The notes: generated by a model not told the origin, from the letters alone. A stretch of 64,000 nt of DNA from an uncultured virus (IMG/VR IMGVR_UViG_3300028745_000006) (IMGVR_UViG_3300028745_000006), one strand, 5' to 3'; shown: positions 11,601 to 20,600, counted from the first letter of the stretch. Program-made: numbers and translations.

Positions 11601-14600
11601 AAGCCGGGGTCCTCGTAGTAGTGGTCGAACGCGGAGGGCGTCATGGCGACGTGGAGCTTGCGGTGCTCGCCGACCTCGGTCATGTCGCGTGGGTCGAGCG
11701 TGGCCGACGCGCGATCCTGGAGCCTGGGCACGGAGGTCTCGCCGGCGAGCACGGTGACGAGCGGGTCGACGCCGGCGGGGAGCGCTCCAAGGGCGGCGAG
11801 CTCCGGGCTTCGTGAGGCGAGGTCCGCCCAGCGGTCGGCGCGAAGGTAGTCCCGCGCAGCGGCCTTGACGACGGCCTCGGGGTTGGACGAGCCAGCGCGC
11901 GCCAGGTACACGTCGCGGAGGCTTGATCCGCCACTGATATACTCGCCGCGCACGCCGTGGGCAGCGGAAGCAGGGACGTCTTCGAGCTCCTGGTAGGCTC
12001 GGGTGATAGCGGCGCGCTGGGCATCGTCGGTCACGCGCATACTTTCGGCCTTGGTGCGGAGGTAGCTCACGAGGGAGGCGAGGAGCTCGGGGGTTGCGGG
12101 CGTGAGCCTGCGGAGCCGGAGCTCTTCGGCGTTGTCGCTCCCGAGGAAGCGGCGCGCGGCGGCGGAGGCCAGGTCGATGGGCCGCGGGGCATCGGGGTTC
12201 ACGCCGGGGTCGTGAGAGACGAGCTGGAGGAGCCCTTCTTCGTTGAGGAGCTCGGCGATCTTGCCGGCGATGTTGGCGTTGCCGTACTGCTCGACGTAGG
12301 CGTCGAGGCGGCGCAGAAGATCCTCGCTCGGGGTGCCCCAGGTGGCGAGCTTGGCAGCGACCTTGGCGTGACCTGCGCCGGCCTTTTCGGCATCGGTGAA
12401 CCACTCGACGGTGTGCCCGCTCTTGGTGAGCTTGTTGGCCTCCGCCGTGTCGTCGTCGTTGACCTGGAGGACGTCCAGGAGGAGAGGTTGCCAGCCATTC
12501 TCTGCGCGGCCCGGCTGCGTCACCACGAGCCACCGGCGCTTGCTCGCGAGATACGCTTCTTTCTTGGCTTCGGACATCCGCGAGAGCTCGACCTGCTTCG
12601 GGTCGGTCGGGTCGTACGTGAAGATCTCGGACGGGAGCTTGTCGAGCGGATCGAGCTCCACGTGCTCTGCGACAGCGACGCGCAGCGCTTCGTCTCGCGC
12701 AGATTCGTTCACGCTCTCATCCTTCAGCCAGTATACGAGCGCACCACGGCGCGTCTCGGGCGTGGCGATCTTCGTCAGGAACGCATCGGGCTCCGTGTTG
12801 AGCTTCGAGTAGAGCCAGAACGTGTCGAGCGCATGGAAGCAGTCGTGAAGCGCCTTCGGCGTCCAGTGGAAAGGACCTTCTGCCTTGATCGTCTCGAGTT
12901 TCGTGAGCGCGATCGTGGCGCGCACCTCACGGAGAGCGTTCATGTCGCCGTTCGCGGCGCGCTCTACCTCGCGAGTCTGGGCGCCGTAGATTGCGCGCGC
13001 TGCGCGCTCTGCGGCTGCCTGACTCGAGAAGATGTCGAGCATCAGTCCAGTCGGTTCGTGCGACAGGACGCGCACGATGCCGCCAGGCTTGGAACCTGCG
13101 GGAGCGTGCACAAACAGGTTGCCCTCCCGTGCAAGAACAGGAACGCGGATTGCGGTTCCGGTTCCGCCGAGGATCCTCGCCATGTTCGCTGGAAGTGTCG
13201 CGTCGTACGGGAGGATCTTGGCGGAGCCGTTCATCGAGCCTCCCCCTGCATCTGCGGCGGGCTCGTGCGAACCGCCGATCTTCTCTTCTTCATTCGCTGG
13301 CATGAGGATCTCCGCGGCTTTCGTGATCGTGGACTCGTCGGGCATGTCGAGCCCAGCGTGGGTCGCGTCTCTTCGGATCGCTTCGGCCTCGGCGGCGGCC
13401 GTGGCAGAGCCGCCCTGCTCGGCGAGCTTCAGCGCGATGAGCTCCTCGGTCGCTCGCTGCCGCAGGTCGCTCGAAGGCTCCCCGCGAACGTCGTGAGCCG
13501 CGGGGTCCAGGGCTGAGGCCCTGGTGGAGGTTCCGGGGGCGGAGCTTTTGGCGCGGCTCTTCTTCTCGCGGGCGACGCCGAAGGGGCCGATCTGGCGCTT
13601 GTAGCGGTGTGCGAGCTCGACGCAGAGCCTCCACTCCTGGGGGGTGAGCCCGAGGTCGGCGCCCAGGAGGTAGGCCATGGAGTGACCGAGCCCGCCGTCG
13701 GACTGAGAGAAGCCCTCCGCGTTCTTTTCCTTGGCGTGGTCGGGATCGGCTTCGGCGACCGAGACGATGCCGTTGGCGGCCCAGGACTCCTCGTCGGTGA
13801 GGGGGCCGCGACGCACGTCGCTATCCGGCTCCTCTTCTTCGGGCTGGCTCTTGCGGCGCCGGGAGGTGGCCTCGGCGACGTAGCGCTTGATACGATCGGC
13901 CTGAGACGACTTGGCGCGCCCGGCGACTTCGCGCTCGGTGTCGCTCTGCGCGGCGGCCTCCTCGAGCGCCGCCGCGCGTGCGATGGCGATGGCTGGCCTG
14001 GCGTCGGCCTCGAGCTGGTCCCAGTCGACCTCGGCGAGCTTCGCTGGCGCGATGTGGATAACTCGCGCCGCATCGACGCTTTGGTCGATCAAGGACTCTT
14101 TCCCTGCGAGGATGGCGTCGATGCGCTGGTCGAGTCGGTGATCGGCGACGACGCGGGTGATCAGCACGCCGCGAGTCTGACCCAGGCGGTAGGCCCGATC
14201 CTCGGCCTGGTTGTTGAGCGAGGGGTTCCACTCCTGGTCGTTGAAAATGACGTTGGAGGCCCGCGTGAGGGTGATCGCAACGCCTCCGGCGCGGATCGTA
14301 CAGGCGACGCCCTTGTACTCGCCGCGTTGAAAAGCCTCTTCGATCGCGGTGCGTTTTTCGGCATCCGTGTCGCCGGTGATCGCTGCCCACCCGGGGCGCT
14401 TGCCCAGAAGGTCGACAGGGCCGCGGAAGGCGCTGAAGACCAGCACGGGCTCGTTCGCGGCCTCGTACTCCTTGACGAGCTCGAGGGTTGTCGCGAATTT
14501 TGCTTTGGCCAGGGCAGCGCGCGCAGCAGACAGCTCTCGGAAGGTGAGCTTGCTCTCCTCGAGCTTTTCGACGGCCTTCTCGAGATCGATGCCCTTTTGA

Positions 14601-16393
14601 CCAAGGATCGCAAGCGCTTCGTCGCCGGCCTTTGCCGTGGCCCGGTCGATCGGGGCAGAGACGACGCGGTATGTCTTGGGAGGGAGCTGCGGCAGCACCT
14701 CTTTCTTGATCCTGCGGAGCTGGACCCTCTGGAGACACTCGGCGACCTCGGGCTCGGGATCGCCCCAGTGCATGACATCCCACTCGTCTTTTTCTCCGTT
14801 GAAGAGACGAACGAAGTTGTCCCAGTTACCGAAGGCTTCGCGCTCGAGCCCGGCCGCAACGAGGACCGCCCAGAGCTCGGGCGGCTTGTTCTTCATGGGA
14901 GTCGCCGTGAGGATGAAGTTACGGCCCCCTCCTTCGCGCACCACGTCGCGCATCGCGTGGTATTTTTTCGTGCGTGTCGCCTTCCTGTTCGCGAGGTTGT
15001 GCCCCTCGTCAGCCACAAGGATTGTTCCGGGCCGCGCGCCGGCAGGAATGGGGAAGTGATCCTTCGCGCTCTTGATCACGAGCGAGGACTCGACAGCTCC
15101 GACGTTGAGCACCGTCGGGCCTGCCTTGCGGACAACGGCCAGGAAAGGCTTGGATGCCCACTCCTTTGGATCTGTGGTGAAGACGAGCGCGCCGTCTCGG
15201 TTAACGGTCCCGTTCCCAAGGAGATCTCCGGACGTGACAGAAGGGCTTTTCCCGTCGGTCGAGCCGTAGACGGAAAAGCTTTCACCGGGATGAACGACGC
15301 TGCCCTTTTTGGCCCGCTTGACGCTCGCGCTCTCGACGGACGTGATCTCGCTCGGGATCCACGTGACAGGGCCGTTCACGGTCGAAGAGATAGGGAGCAC
15401 CGTGTCGGGTACGTCGCCAGGAAGGATGTCGTAGTTGATCGCGACGATCTCGTTGGCTCCAGGCCAGCGGAAGCTGCCTTCTCCTTCCAGCACAGTCACG
15501 TGAAGGTCAGGGCGCCATCGCTTGGTCTCTCGCTGCCATACGCCCTTTGCGACGGCAGGACACACCACGACGACAGAGGCGTTGTCGGGAAGCATGGTGA
15601 GGATTTGGATCGTCTTGCCGAGCCCCATGTCGTCGGCGAGGAGCCCGCCTTGACGACTCGCGAGCCACGCCGATCCCTCCCGCTGATACTGGAACAGGCC
15701 GAGTCCTCGCTTTTTCAGAATCGCGTCGACCTCGTCCGCGCGTCTTTCTGCGCCGACGATGTTCAGAGCGCGCTCTTTCGCTCGCGCCTCGAGTCGCGTG
15801 GCCACCTCGGGGTCCACGTCGATCGCGAATCCCGATTTCGTGAGGCGCAGGAGGATCTCCGGCGCGAGGTCGACGCCGCTCCGCTGGCTCGCGGTCTCCC
15901 TGTCGTACCGAGACCCGCTGCACGCGTTCTGGTACGCGACGAACGTGTCGTCGAGGTGTGCCGCAGGGGCGATCGAGACCTCGCCCCCGACCATGCGCAC
16001 CAGGATCACGTCCTTCACCGCGGGAGCGTCGGCGGCGGCCTCCATTTTTTCGATCACGTCCGCCGGCGCATCGACCTCGAACCCTGCCTTTTCCAGATTC
16101 GCGATCGTGGCCGCCGCATCCTTCGGCTTGGCCCTCTGGCTCCGGGTGTTCTTGTCGTACCGACACCCCCCGCACGCAGCCTGGTACGCCGCGAACGCCT
16201 CGCTGCCTAGGAACCCCACCGGCGCAAAGGCCACTTCGACGCCGATGAACCGGACGCTGATCGCCTTGACGGCTGTCGCGGCAGGGTTGTGCTTTTTGCA
16301 GAAGATCTTGCGATCTTCTGGGCTGTAGCTTCCCTCTTCGGCGCCGACGCGGGCGCCGCAGGTGGCGCATTTGCCGGGGTATCGGTTGATCAT
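5699..16393 (-). CDS. Giant 3564-aa protein with N-terminal SNF2-family helicase
   Basis: LLADDMGLGKT (motif I), ADEGH (II), LTATP (III), EWNPSLNNQAEDRAYRLGQ (V/VI); N-terminal CxxC; about 2600 aa of unassigned C-terminus. Confidence 0.9.
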   Translation of the reverse strand: MINRYPGKCATCGARVGAEEGSYSPEDRKIFCKKHNPAATAVKAISVRFIGVEVAFAPVGFLGSEAFAAYQAACGGCRYDKNTRSQRAKPKDAAATIANLEKAGFEVDAPADVIEKMEAAADAPAVKDVILVRMVGGEVSIAPAAHLDDTFVAYQNACSGSRYDRETASQRSGVDLAPEILLRLTKSGFAIDVDPEVATRLEARAKERALNIVGAERRADEVDAILKKRGLGLFQYQREGSAWLASRQGGLLADDMGLGKTIQILTMLPDNASVVVVCPAVAKGVWQRETKRWRPDLHVTVLEGEGSFRWPGANEIVAINYDILPGDVPDTVLPISSTVNGPVTWIPSEITSVESASVKRAKKGSVVHPGESFSVYGSTDGKSPSVTSGDLLGNGTVNRDGALVFTTDPKEWASKPFLAVVRKAGPTVLNVGAVESSLVIKSAKDHFPIPAGARPGTILVADEGHNLANRKATRTKKYHAMRDVVREGGGRNFILTATPMKNKPPELWAVLVAAGLEREAFGNWDNFVRLFNGEKDEWDVMHWGDPEPEVAECLQRVQLRRIKKEVLPQLPPKTYRVVSAPIDRATAKAGDEALAILGQKGIDLEKAVEKLEESKLTFRELSAARAALAKAKFATTLELVKEYEAANEPVLVFSAFRGPVDLLGKRPGWAAITGDTDAEKRTAIEEAFQRGEYKGVACTIRAGGVAITLTRASNVIFNDQEWNPSLNNQAEDRAYRLGQTRGVLITRVVADHRLDQRIDAILAGKESLIDQSVDAARVIHIAPAKLAEVDWDQLEADARPAIAIARAAALEEAAAQSDTEREVAGRAKSSQADRIKRYVAEATSRRRKSQPEEEEPDSDVRRGPLTDEESWAANGIVSVAEADPDHAKEKNAEGFSQSDGGLGHSMAYLLGADLGLTPQEWRLCVELAHRYKRQIGPFGVAREKKSRAKSSAPGTSTRASALDPAAHDVRGEPSSDLRQRATEELIALKLAEQGGSATAAAEAEAIRRDATHAGLDMPDESTITKAAEILMPANEEEKIGGSHEPAADAGGGSMNGSAKILPYDATLPANMARILGGTGTAIRVPVLAREGNLFVHAPAGSKPGGIVRVLSHEPTGLMLDIFSSQAAAERAARAIYGAQTREVERAANGDMNALREVRATIALTKLETIKAEGPFHWTPKALHDCFHALDTFWLYSKLNTEPDAFLTKIATPETRRGALVYWLKDESVNESARDEALRVAVAEHVELDPLDKLPSEIFTYDPTDPKQVELSRMSEAKKEAYLASKRRWLVVTQPGRAENGWQPLLLDVLQVNDDDTAEANKLTKSGHTVEWFTDAEKAGAGHAKVAAKLATWGTPSEDLLRRLDAYVEQYGNANIAGKIAELLNEEGLLQLVSHDPGVNPDAPRPIDLASAAARRFLGSDNAEELRLRRLTPATPELLASLVSYLRTKAESMRVTDDAQRAAITRAYQELEDVPASAAHGVRGEYISGGSSLRDVYLARAGSSNPEAVVKAAARDYLRADRWADLASRSPELAALGALPAGVDPLVTVLAGETSVPRLQDRASATLDPRDMTEVGEHRKLHVAMTPSAFDHYYEDPGFPITPKLGTPRARLEKLVENTQLAAQLARGDAPVDELKVEVDADSSGIDFARAFTFRVVRSQTPDGKPLALVDLLEVNIGGGMKIERPKNRARGSAPGTPARASALDPAAHDVRAGEAQAPGIDEDEDREYLAAEAPLAAKLDAVLDTWETRCPVGGTAYDRVKFEKIARITPSSKRYVGGDSPPSANELEVAIREANDMLGRAVGPQSYDEETKQPFVSKGPYEVLYDKSVIARNVGTLKDAKQGATNYAEERHMASVRKWKLYNGAYYDESGFTVRPMTAAAPAMTLQGFAREEAPADGALATDESLYTIRPRFGVAGGPDIVFLTEKGNEKAFSVGAQVSGKVAEALQLLAQKGGEGYFSMPSTGSRVVATDLALKFDQIVWGRLRAMGYAERIDPVRVEHGDGILLTRDGEQAIARGHEEQERLLARCRAVAVAQGKVDPAAMPLPNEDRAGALTQGAAAEGVAQELVKLKVEELQAEAGGNDAGALEAAAKAEGVRADALTLGVEAPAPKLIAIVAEDKVTTEAPTSKPLPREHREPQGPGPLALAGVQGAEPPVGLVSKDAAVDAARQKVVEARGKALGLRRVKSVKELYPGAVTTWIYTDDRDPDDVRESLIPISAIFKRGSESWFEQSDNRTGGAPETWLWVPISFGAAVRPREVVTMDGDVEVRRVAPSAMWENIEVPEGYSVTEKEDFRGKKVVVKTPFGPPSKADKKDQAAQSFLKALDNGGVGWSKSEGAFVVAEGHKRDVVTKALQAYGSHVRAQSGEVGIARDAARRAVEAVVTTHPADEATKLLAKSLGASAGPSDDFDEIRSDVRKHANEMRHSGDDDVRHAMFTMEVALSSVLGKFPDMTTKTDVQKILASSQATLRSVAWAVERRKRESEAARLDEAASQPFETLVARLKDGGANLPLRPFAERIYALCEGTTSAPAALHVAESILTGQSPREGDVTSVVARLDALLTKPDGAYAGRLAKTTRRDELLELREGLTGEQAAGTPDDRATALMRSAAKKASEKRGDPHDFTDTAQGLAAVALSTGWPESDPRLDPYRKPFNTPLGNAYADMWHDPLAHMKASEVTVEQIARAMDGIATTWKEPYAGRHYRDHENPYDLRELSMIEGWRSQLAQRIKSQRIRRGTSAFDDFVLIEAPRLFRAVTKKIVSNLETIRAVTAKSIADGQQSLQRLQRDADQDSLKTSLRLALHDALETKESTGAAKAREESAAYYAGRLASAKEEIASLEMDLATPRDPEAMALEAVASVEELKPYAAAMAMPQAERDLAEGRARVAFIKRSTLPKDASIEEGEIRIRFDGKVSMVRSLYRAGDYAVHETPGEPSDVEAAEKFSVTHEPTGLSSGKFATKNAAAHYVDVLNSPAVAEMGRAYFRGDVNDFPEVTKAAGAAIREGKSAEQAARIALDSVAGSTASAGAPATTPSVDPLESKIDAKVLDLLRRHGPMEPFKLAEALIKVGSRDRSKNSASEERLIRAGAIVVDRSAPNIVYKLASDAKEGIAKTALDAVAQGAPESVLLEAEKEIEKIEYAGAVEARLPSPPANAVTPVELYAMARAAGEAGKELREWEESDEIHAHLEALRNARVRVDSRALEAAYHDGVRTTWKSVWTTAQAGYDGMGTKTVEDCGMWHGKALRRVAINPDHLDWQMRRYSSGIDGSWMEDPRVEDQRNATKIENERVRQQEHDARRKEGLGWIVTVSDSMLDGTDENWEAWNAHGITWDDARAEKVRRSADRDAKAKEVEWARCLAIVHEGVSLIDPGASSRPGIYGGHVGGRDPHVWCTIKIVRGWPAEDPTKANVVEENGDIVADLPTVAAWLAEGRIRVAGPEDHVPPLAVFKRLGHRDLERVKPYEVDGGVVWAGRGGRGGFGELLVLDMQGHLVRKKSVLEAVDIEMANARSTKDKQRQLAELAVAGRLNEAKAPEGTVYAFAGDRRDAGAIHAVRVVETVGDFAITEE
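9927..9994 (+). repeat. 70-bp palindromic repeat, in-frame in the giant protein
   Basis: GGGGGCTCCGCCCCC..CCAGGGCC/GGCCCTGG..CTCACGATGTTCGC; read as REHREPQGPGPLALAGVQGAEPP. Confidence 0.9.
11261..11330 (-). repeat. 70-bp palindromic repeat, in-frame in the giant protein
   Basis: Read as ARGSAPGTPARASALDPAAHDVR. Confidence 0.95.
13483..13553 (-). repeat. 70-bp palindromic repeat, in-frame in the giant protein
   Basis: Read as AKSSAPGTSTRASALDPAAHDVR. Confidence 0.9.
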
Positions 16394-16492
16394 GGGTGGC
16401 GATCCAGAGGCTTGGGTGGGTGGCGCCCGCTCCGGCGCCCCGGGCCATGGCTGGAGCCCGCAGCGGGCGAGGCATGCGAAGAGATCCGAGCC

Positions 16493-16810
16493 TCAGACGA
16501 TGGGGATCGCGTCGCACTTGTCGAGGTTCTCGACGACGACGAAGACGTACTCGCCATGCGGGAGCCCGGCGCGCAGAAGCTGGCCGGTCCACCCAAGCTG
16601 CTTGGCCAGAGCCACGGCGACGGCTGCGTGGTCGTCCTCGTCCCGCCCGCTCATCCTCGTTTCGCCTCTGGCCCGAACCGTCGAGAGGCTCCCTGTTCCT
16701 CCGGGGAGGTTCATGGTGAGGCTCTTCAGGTCGCCGGCCTTCGCCGTGATCTTGGACATCATGCTGCGGCCCGTTGGTCCGGTGCGCTTCGTCGTGATCG
16801 CGATCGCCAT
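16493..16810 (-). CDS. Phage-type hypothetical protein
   Basis: GGAG RBS; start MAIAITTKRTGPT resembles a recurrent small phage family. Confidence 0.65.
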   Translation of the reverse strand: MAIAITTKRTGPTGRSMMSKITAKAGDLKSLTMNLPGGTGSLSTVRARGETRMSGRDEDDHAAVAVALAKQLGWTGQLLRAGLPHGEYVFVVVENLDKCDAIPIV

Positions 16811-16841
16811 CGTCGTCTCCTTGGAGTAGTAGGAGCCGAGC

Positions 16842-17219
16842 TTACCCTGCCTGATGCGCTCCAGGAAGCCTTTCTTGGCCGATCGGGTGCTCGAGACGCT
16901 GGTAGGCGGCAAGGATCTCGCCAGCCAGCGGCCCTGCTGCCCGCGCCCACTCACTTCGGTCGAGCAGGTGCCCGCTTGGCTGCTTCATGCTGCCAGGCGT
17001 CCACACCCAGGCGGCGAGCGCGTCCGTGTCGCCGGTTCGCTCGAGCGTCACCCGAATGTGCTGCGTCAGGTACCCGCGCCAGACGACGATCCTCGGCAGT
17101 GGCTTTTTCCACTGTACAATTCCGATTTCTGGCGAACGTAGCTCGTTGCTCGAAGTGTGCTTGGTGCCGCACCACCCTTCGCGTTCCGGCGCAGACGTCG
17201 CCCCGCACGCGCACTTCAC
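16842..17219 (-). CDS. Hypothetical protein
   Basis: Start overlaps the upstream stop, in an operon-like run. Confidence 0.5.
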   Translation of the reverse strand: MKCACGATSAPEREGWCGTKHTSSNELRSPEIGIVQWKKPLPRIVVWRGYLTQHIRVTLERTGDTDALAAWVWTPGSMKQPSGHLLDRSEWARAAGPLAGEILAAYQRLEHPIGQERLPGAHQAG

Positions 17220-17773
17220 GATGAGCAGAGCTCGATGAGGACGATCCTGCCCATCATCAGGCTGACCTCGCTCGTCCGCGCGTCGTCGGAGAGCGCTTCG
17301 GTGACACGGAGCGCGAGCTCGCGAATCCAGCGCTCTGGATACTTGTTGCCGTATCGCGTCATCCCGCAGCGCTTCATGTTCAAGCGCACCTCACGGATGG
17401 CGGCTGCGCTTGCCGCGCGAGCAAGGCATGATCCGCTCAGCTTCACGTAGGTGAGGCGTCCCATCGAGAGGTAGACGTTGATGGCCAGCGCGTCTTCGGG
17501 AAACGACGCCGGGAGGCGCCCTGCGAGCTCGCGGATCCACGACTCGGGGTCCTTCGCGGCGTCTTTTGAGACGCCGATCTTGTCCAGTAGGCGATCTGCG
17601 CTTGCTTCGTCGACGGTCCAGGAGCACGGGCATACGCCAGCGTTCTTGCAGTGCCCGCAGGTGGAATGGTCGAGCGCGAGCACGGAACCGTTGCACTCGC
17701 AGCACGTCTTGGCGTCCGGATTCGCTTGCGGCGCAGCCTCGTTCGCGGCGACTCTGGCCTCGGTCGTATTCAT
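17216..17773 (-). CDS. Hypothetical protein with Cys cluster
   Basis: GGAGGA RBS, ATGA coupling, CCEC..CGHC..CPC. Confidence 0.55.
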   Translation of the reverse strand: MNTTEARVAANEAAPQANPDAKTCCECNGSVLALDHSTCGHCKNAGVCPCSWTVDEASADRLLDKIGVSKDAAKDPESWIRELAGRLPASFPEDALAINVYLSMGRLTYVKLSGSCLARAASAAAIREVRLNMKRCGMTRYGNKYPERWIRELALRVTEALSDDARTSEVSLMMGRIVLIELCSS

Positions 17774-18453
17774 CGCCCTTCCTCCGGGCAGCACTTTTTG
17801 CAGTTGCAGCCGCCCTCCGGCTCGCCGCTTTCGATGGTCTCGCCTCGCTCTGGACGCCAGGTCCATCTGAACTTGAATGCTCGCGCCGGGATCTGGCTTG
17901 GCTCGTCGCAGAGGCGGAGGAGGATGTCGTCGCGAAGCGCCGTTGCTTCGCTGTCCGGGATCGACCAGTAGGCGGAGGCTCGCTTCACTTCGGCCGCGAC
18001 GCTGTCCCGCTCCTCGACGCTTACGTCGTTCGCGCCAGCGAGGACGTGCAGGAGCGAGTCGCAGCACCGCCGAAGGGCGAGGTAGCGGCGAAAGATGTCG
18101 CCTGCACCAGGTTCGTAGGGGCGGTAGGCGATGTAGGCGTCGGTCGCTGCCTCTTCGTAGTCTCGGAGGGCCGCCCGGAGAATCTCGACGGGAGCCTTGA
18201 CCGGCAGCTTCGGCCCGCAGGTCGGGCACCCACACCACGGACAGCACCTGCGCGTGTCGTCGGGCACGCCCGAGCACATCGCAGAGCATGCGCACCCGTG
18301 ACATGGGCTTCCAGGAGCTGGAGTGACCGTGAGACCTGCTCGGCCAGTTCGGGCAAACTGGGCGAGCCTGGCGTAGTTGTCCCTGTCGCCGCATCCGAGG
18401 GCGTGAAGCCCGCGGATGGCCTGGTCGAGGGGCGACAGCGTGCGCGCTGCCAT
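17770..18453 (-). CDS. Cys-rich hypothetical protein
   Basis: Multiple CxxC; coupled to neighbouring ORFs. Confidence 0.55.
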   Translation of the reverse strand: MAARTLSPLDQAIRGLHALGCGDRDNYARLAQFARTGRAGLTVTPAPGSPCHGCACSAMCSGVPDDTRRCCPWCGCPTCGPKLPVKAPVEILRAALRDYEEAATDAYIAYRPYEPGAGDIFRRYLALRRCCDSLLHVLAGANDVSVEERDSVAAEVKRASAYWSIPDSEATALRDDILLRLCDEPSQIPARAFKFRWTWRPERGETIESGEPEGGCNCKKCCPEEGR

Positions 18454-18455
18454 GG

Positions 18456-18716
18456 TCAGCCGCCGCCCGAAACAGAGAAGCCCTTGGGCTCGGTGACGAT
18501 CTCCGGGTCCTTGTCGAGCTCGATGTCGCTCGAGTCGCGAGCGGGGAGCTTGACGCCAGCCGGCGGACGGACGGAGAGGAAGATCTTGCGATCCCTCCAT
18601 CCGGGCCGGAGGAGCTCGCGGGCCTCGTTGGCATCATGGGCCAGCGCGAACATGACTCCGGCGGAGTGATCGCAGAGGACGTTCTGCCAGACGAAGAGAT
18701 AGAGATTTTTTTCCAT
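18456..18716 (-). CDS. Small phage-type hypothetical protein
   Basis: MEKNLYLFVWQNVLCDHSAGVMFALA; tight packing. Confidence 0.6.
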   Translation of the reverse strand: MEKNLYLFVWQNVLCDHSAGVMFALAHDANEARELLRPGWRDRKIFLSVRPPAGVKLPARDSSDIELDKDPEIVTEPKGFSVSGGG

Positions 18717-18747
18717 GGTTTCGTTGCTTCGCTTTCTCGTGGGCGGA

Positions 18748-19014
18748 TCAGGCTGACGGCGGGATTCTGCCACCCCATGCCCGAATGTTCTTGTTGTAGT
18801 CTCCAGAGCGAATTTTTTCTGAGATCGTGTCGACCTCTACGTCAGAGAGGGCCGCTCCAGAGGAGTGCTTCGATCGCATGGTTTGCCAAAATTCGACATT
18901 TTCTGGACTGGACGCCTCGGCCTTTTTGCTCTCGGAGCGGATCAGCAGAAAAAGAAACGGACGTACCTGCTCCGCTGGGATCTTGTAAGGCGAAAGAGCT
19001 TCCCAGATCGTCAC
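18748..19014 (-). CDS. Hypothetical protein
   Basis: Coupled ORF in a minus-strand run. Confidence 0.45.
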   Translation of the reverse strand: MTIWEALSPYKIPAEQVRPFLFLLIRSESKKAEASSPENVEFWQTMRSKHSSGAALSDVEVDTISEKIRSGDYNKNIRAWGGRIPPSA

Positions 19015-19231
19015 GACGCGGGCCTGAGGGTCTCGAGGAGGAGGCCGGGGGCGGGCGCGAAGCCGTCGGTCTGGCTTTCGCCCGGGGCGAGGAGCTCGAT
19101 GAGCTCGTTGGGCATGGCGCCGATCTCGGCCGCTGCCCGTCGGGCGGATTCTCGCACGCGATCGCGAAGGGGCCCGCCTGCGGCGTGGTGGGCGATCTCG
19201 GTCGGGCTGAGGGTGATCCTGGTGCGTGTGT

Positions 19232-19903
19232 TCATGGCTCGATGTCCTCGATCAGATACCCGAAGCACTGGTTGTATTGCGCGTTCGTGTTGAGCATGTC
19301 GAGGATGGGCTTCAGCGTAGCCTGCGCAGCTTTGCTGTAGCCCGAGAACTCGATGTACTCAGAGCTTGAGACGTTGCGTCCTAGATTGTCGTGCAGATCG
19401 TAGCCGGTCGACTTTGGGTAGAACCAGAAGTCTCCCTGGATGACGGCGAAGCCTAACCTGTGCTTGCGGCACGCAGGTACCATGACCTGCTCGCGATAGC
19501 GTTTAGCGAGAGCGCTTGCGTCATCATCGAGCCTCTTCTGGAATCCTTTGAGCGCTTCGCCGTAGGCTTCCGACGGGGTCTCTTTTGCGGGCTCATGTCC
19601 GTTTTTGGCCAGGCGCGCGGCGGCCATCTCGCGCGTGGTCGCCTCGGTGGTTGCCCACCCCTCGCCGTTCGCTCGCGGAAGCACGCCGAACGCACGCGCC
19701 TCGCTTTCCAGCATCGACGCATCGGTGATCCTCCCAGCGGCACGGTGTGCGGTCGCGGACTCCTTGACGGCCATCGCCGGATTCACAGACAGCACCGCGT
19801 CGCATAGATCGGTGGTCACCCACGCCGGCAGCTTTGCTTTTCGGTGAGCCGCGGTAAGGGTTCGCTCGCGCACCGGGCCGGTGTGGCATACGCCTCGGAT
19901 CAT
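19232..19903 (-). CDS. Hypothetical protein
   Basis: GGAG RBS, 223 aa. Confidence 0.6.
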   Translation of the reverse strand: MIRGVCHTGPVRERTLTAAHRKAKLPAWVTTDLCDAVLSVNPAMAVKESATAHRAAGRITDASMLESEARAFGVLPRANGEGWATTEATTREMAAARLAKNGHEPAKETPSEAYGEALKGFQKRLDDDASALAKRYREQVMVPACRKHRLGFAVIQGDFWFYPKSTGYDLHDNLGRNVSSSEYIEFSGYSKAAQATLKPILDMLNTNAQYNQCFGYLIEDIEP

Positions 19904-19945
19904 GGTCGAATCTCCTCTGTGCTGCGTGCTACGTGCAGTGTAGTG

Positions 19946-20182
19946 TTATGCGGCCTCGTAGCGAGCCGCGAAGCGAGCGCGGAGGACGCCCAGCGACACG
20001 TCGCGCTCTTCCTGGGTCAGGACGTACCGGCCCGTCCCCCTGTAGAAGAGGGACACGCGGCGAAGCGTCGCCGTCTCGTCCAGCGCGGATTTCGCTGTCC
20101 CGTACAGCTCACGCGTGACCGGATCGACGATGGTGACGAGGGTCACGTGGCTGGCGGCGTTCCTGATGGCCTTGATGTCCAT
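19946..20182 (-). CDS. Hypothetical protein, probably leaderless
   Basis: ATG 7 nt after TTGACA-N17-CATTCT. Confidence 0.6.
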   Translation of the reverse strand: MDIKAIRNAASHVTLVTIVDPVTRELYGTAKSALDETATLRRVSLFYRGTGRYVLTQEERDVSLGVLRARFAARYEAA

Positions 20183-20189
20183 GGGCTAC

Positions 20190-20232
20190 AGAATGGGCCC
20201 GCTGCCCAAGGTTGTCAAGATAGTTTTCTTGA
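20190..20232 (-). promoter_or_regulatory. Promoter plus TCAAGA-N6-TCTTGA palindrome
   Basis: TCAAGA TAGTTT TCTTGA at 20215-20232 overlapping minus-strand TTGACA. Confidence 0.75.
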
Positions 20233-20600
20233 CGCCTTCGTCTTCGTGACGATCGCCTGGCGTGAGCTCGCTACGGGCAGAGCGGCGATCGTTCCGGCGT
20301 CAGTCGCCAATCTTGCCTTTCGCCCCCGTGGAGCTCGCACGCGATCGGGCCGTCGCGGTTTGGCGAGCCTTTCGGCGTCGAGCATCGAGGCTGCCACGGC
20401 GAGAGTGTCCCCTCCCGAAAGCGTGACCCCGAGCAAGAAGCACGTCACGGGGGCATGTGGGTCGAGGCAAATCCCCGTTCCACCTCCAAGGTACTTCCGC
20501 ACGAAGTCGAGGACGTCCATCGTGCCGTGCATTGCCCCGAGCGTGAAGTTCGTCTGAGGGGCACCTGGCGTCAGAGAGATCCGCACGATTGATTCTTCTT

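Noticed and set aside
15050..15420. Intein in the SNF2 core insertion
   Set aside because: No intein terminal motifs are visible.
13607..16210. Long plus-strand ORFs opposite the giant gene (also 10196-11815, 11957-13516)
   Set aside because: Antisense shadows expected in high-GC coding DNA; no motifs.
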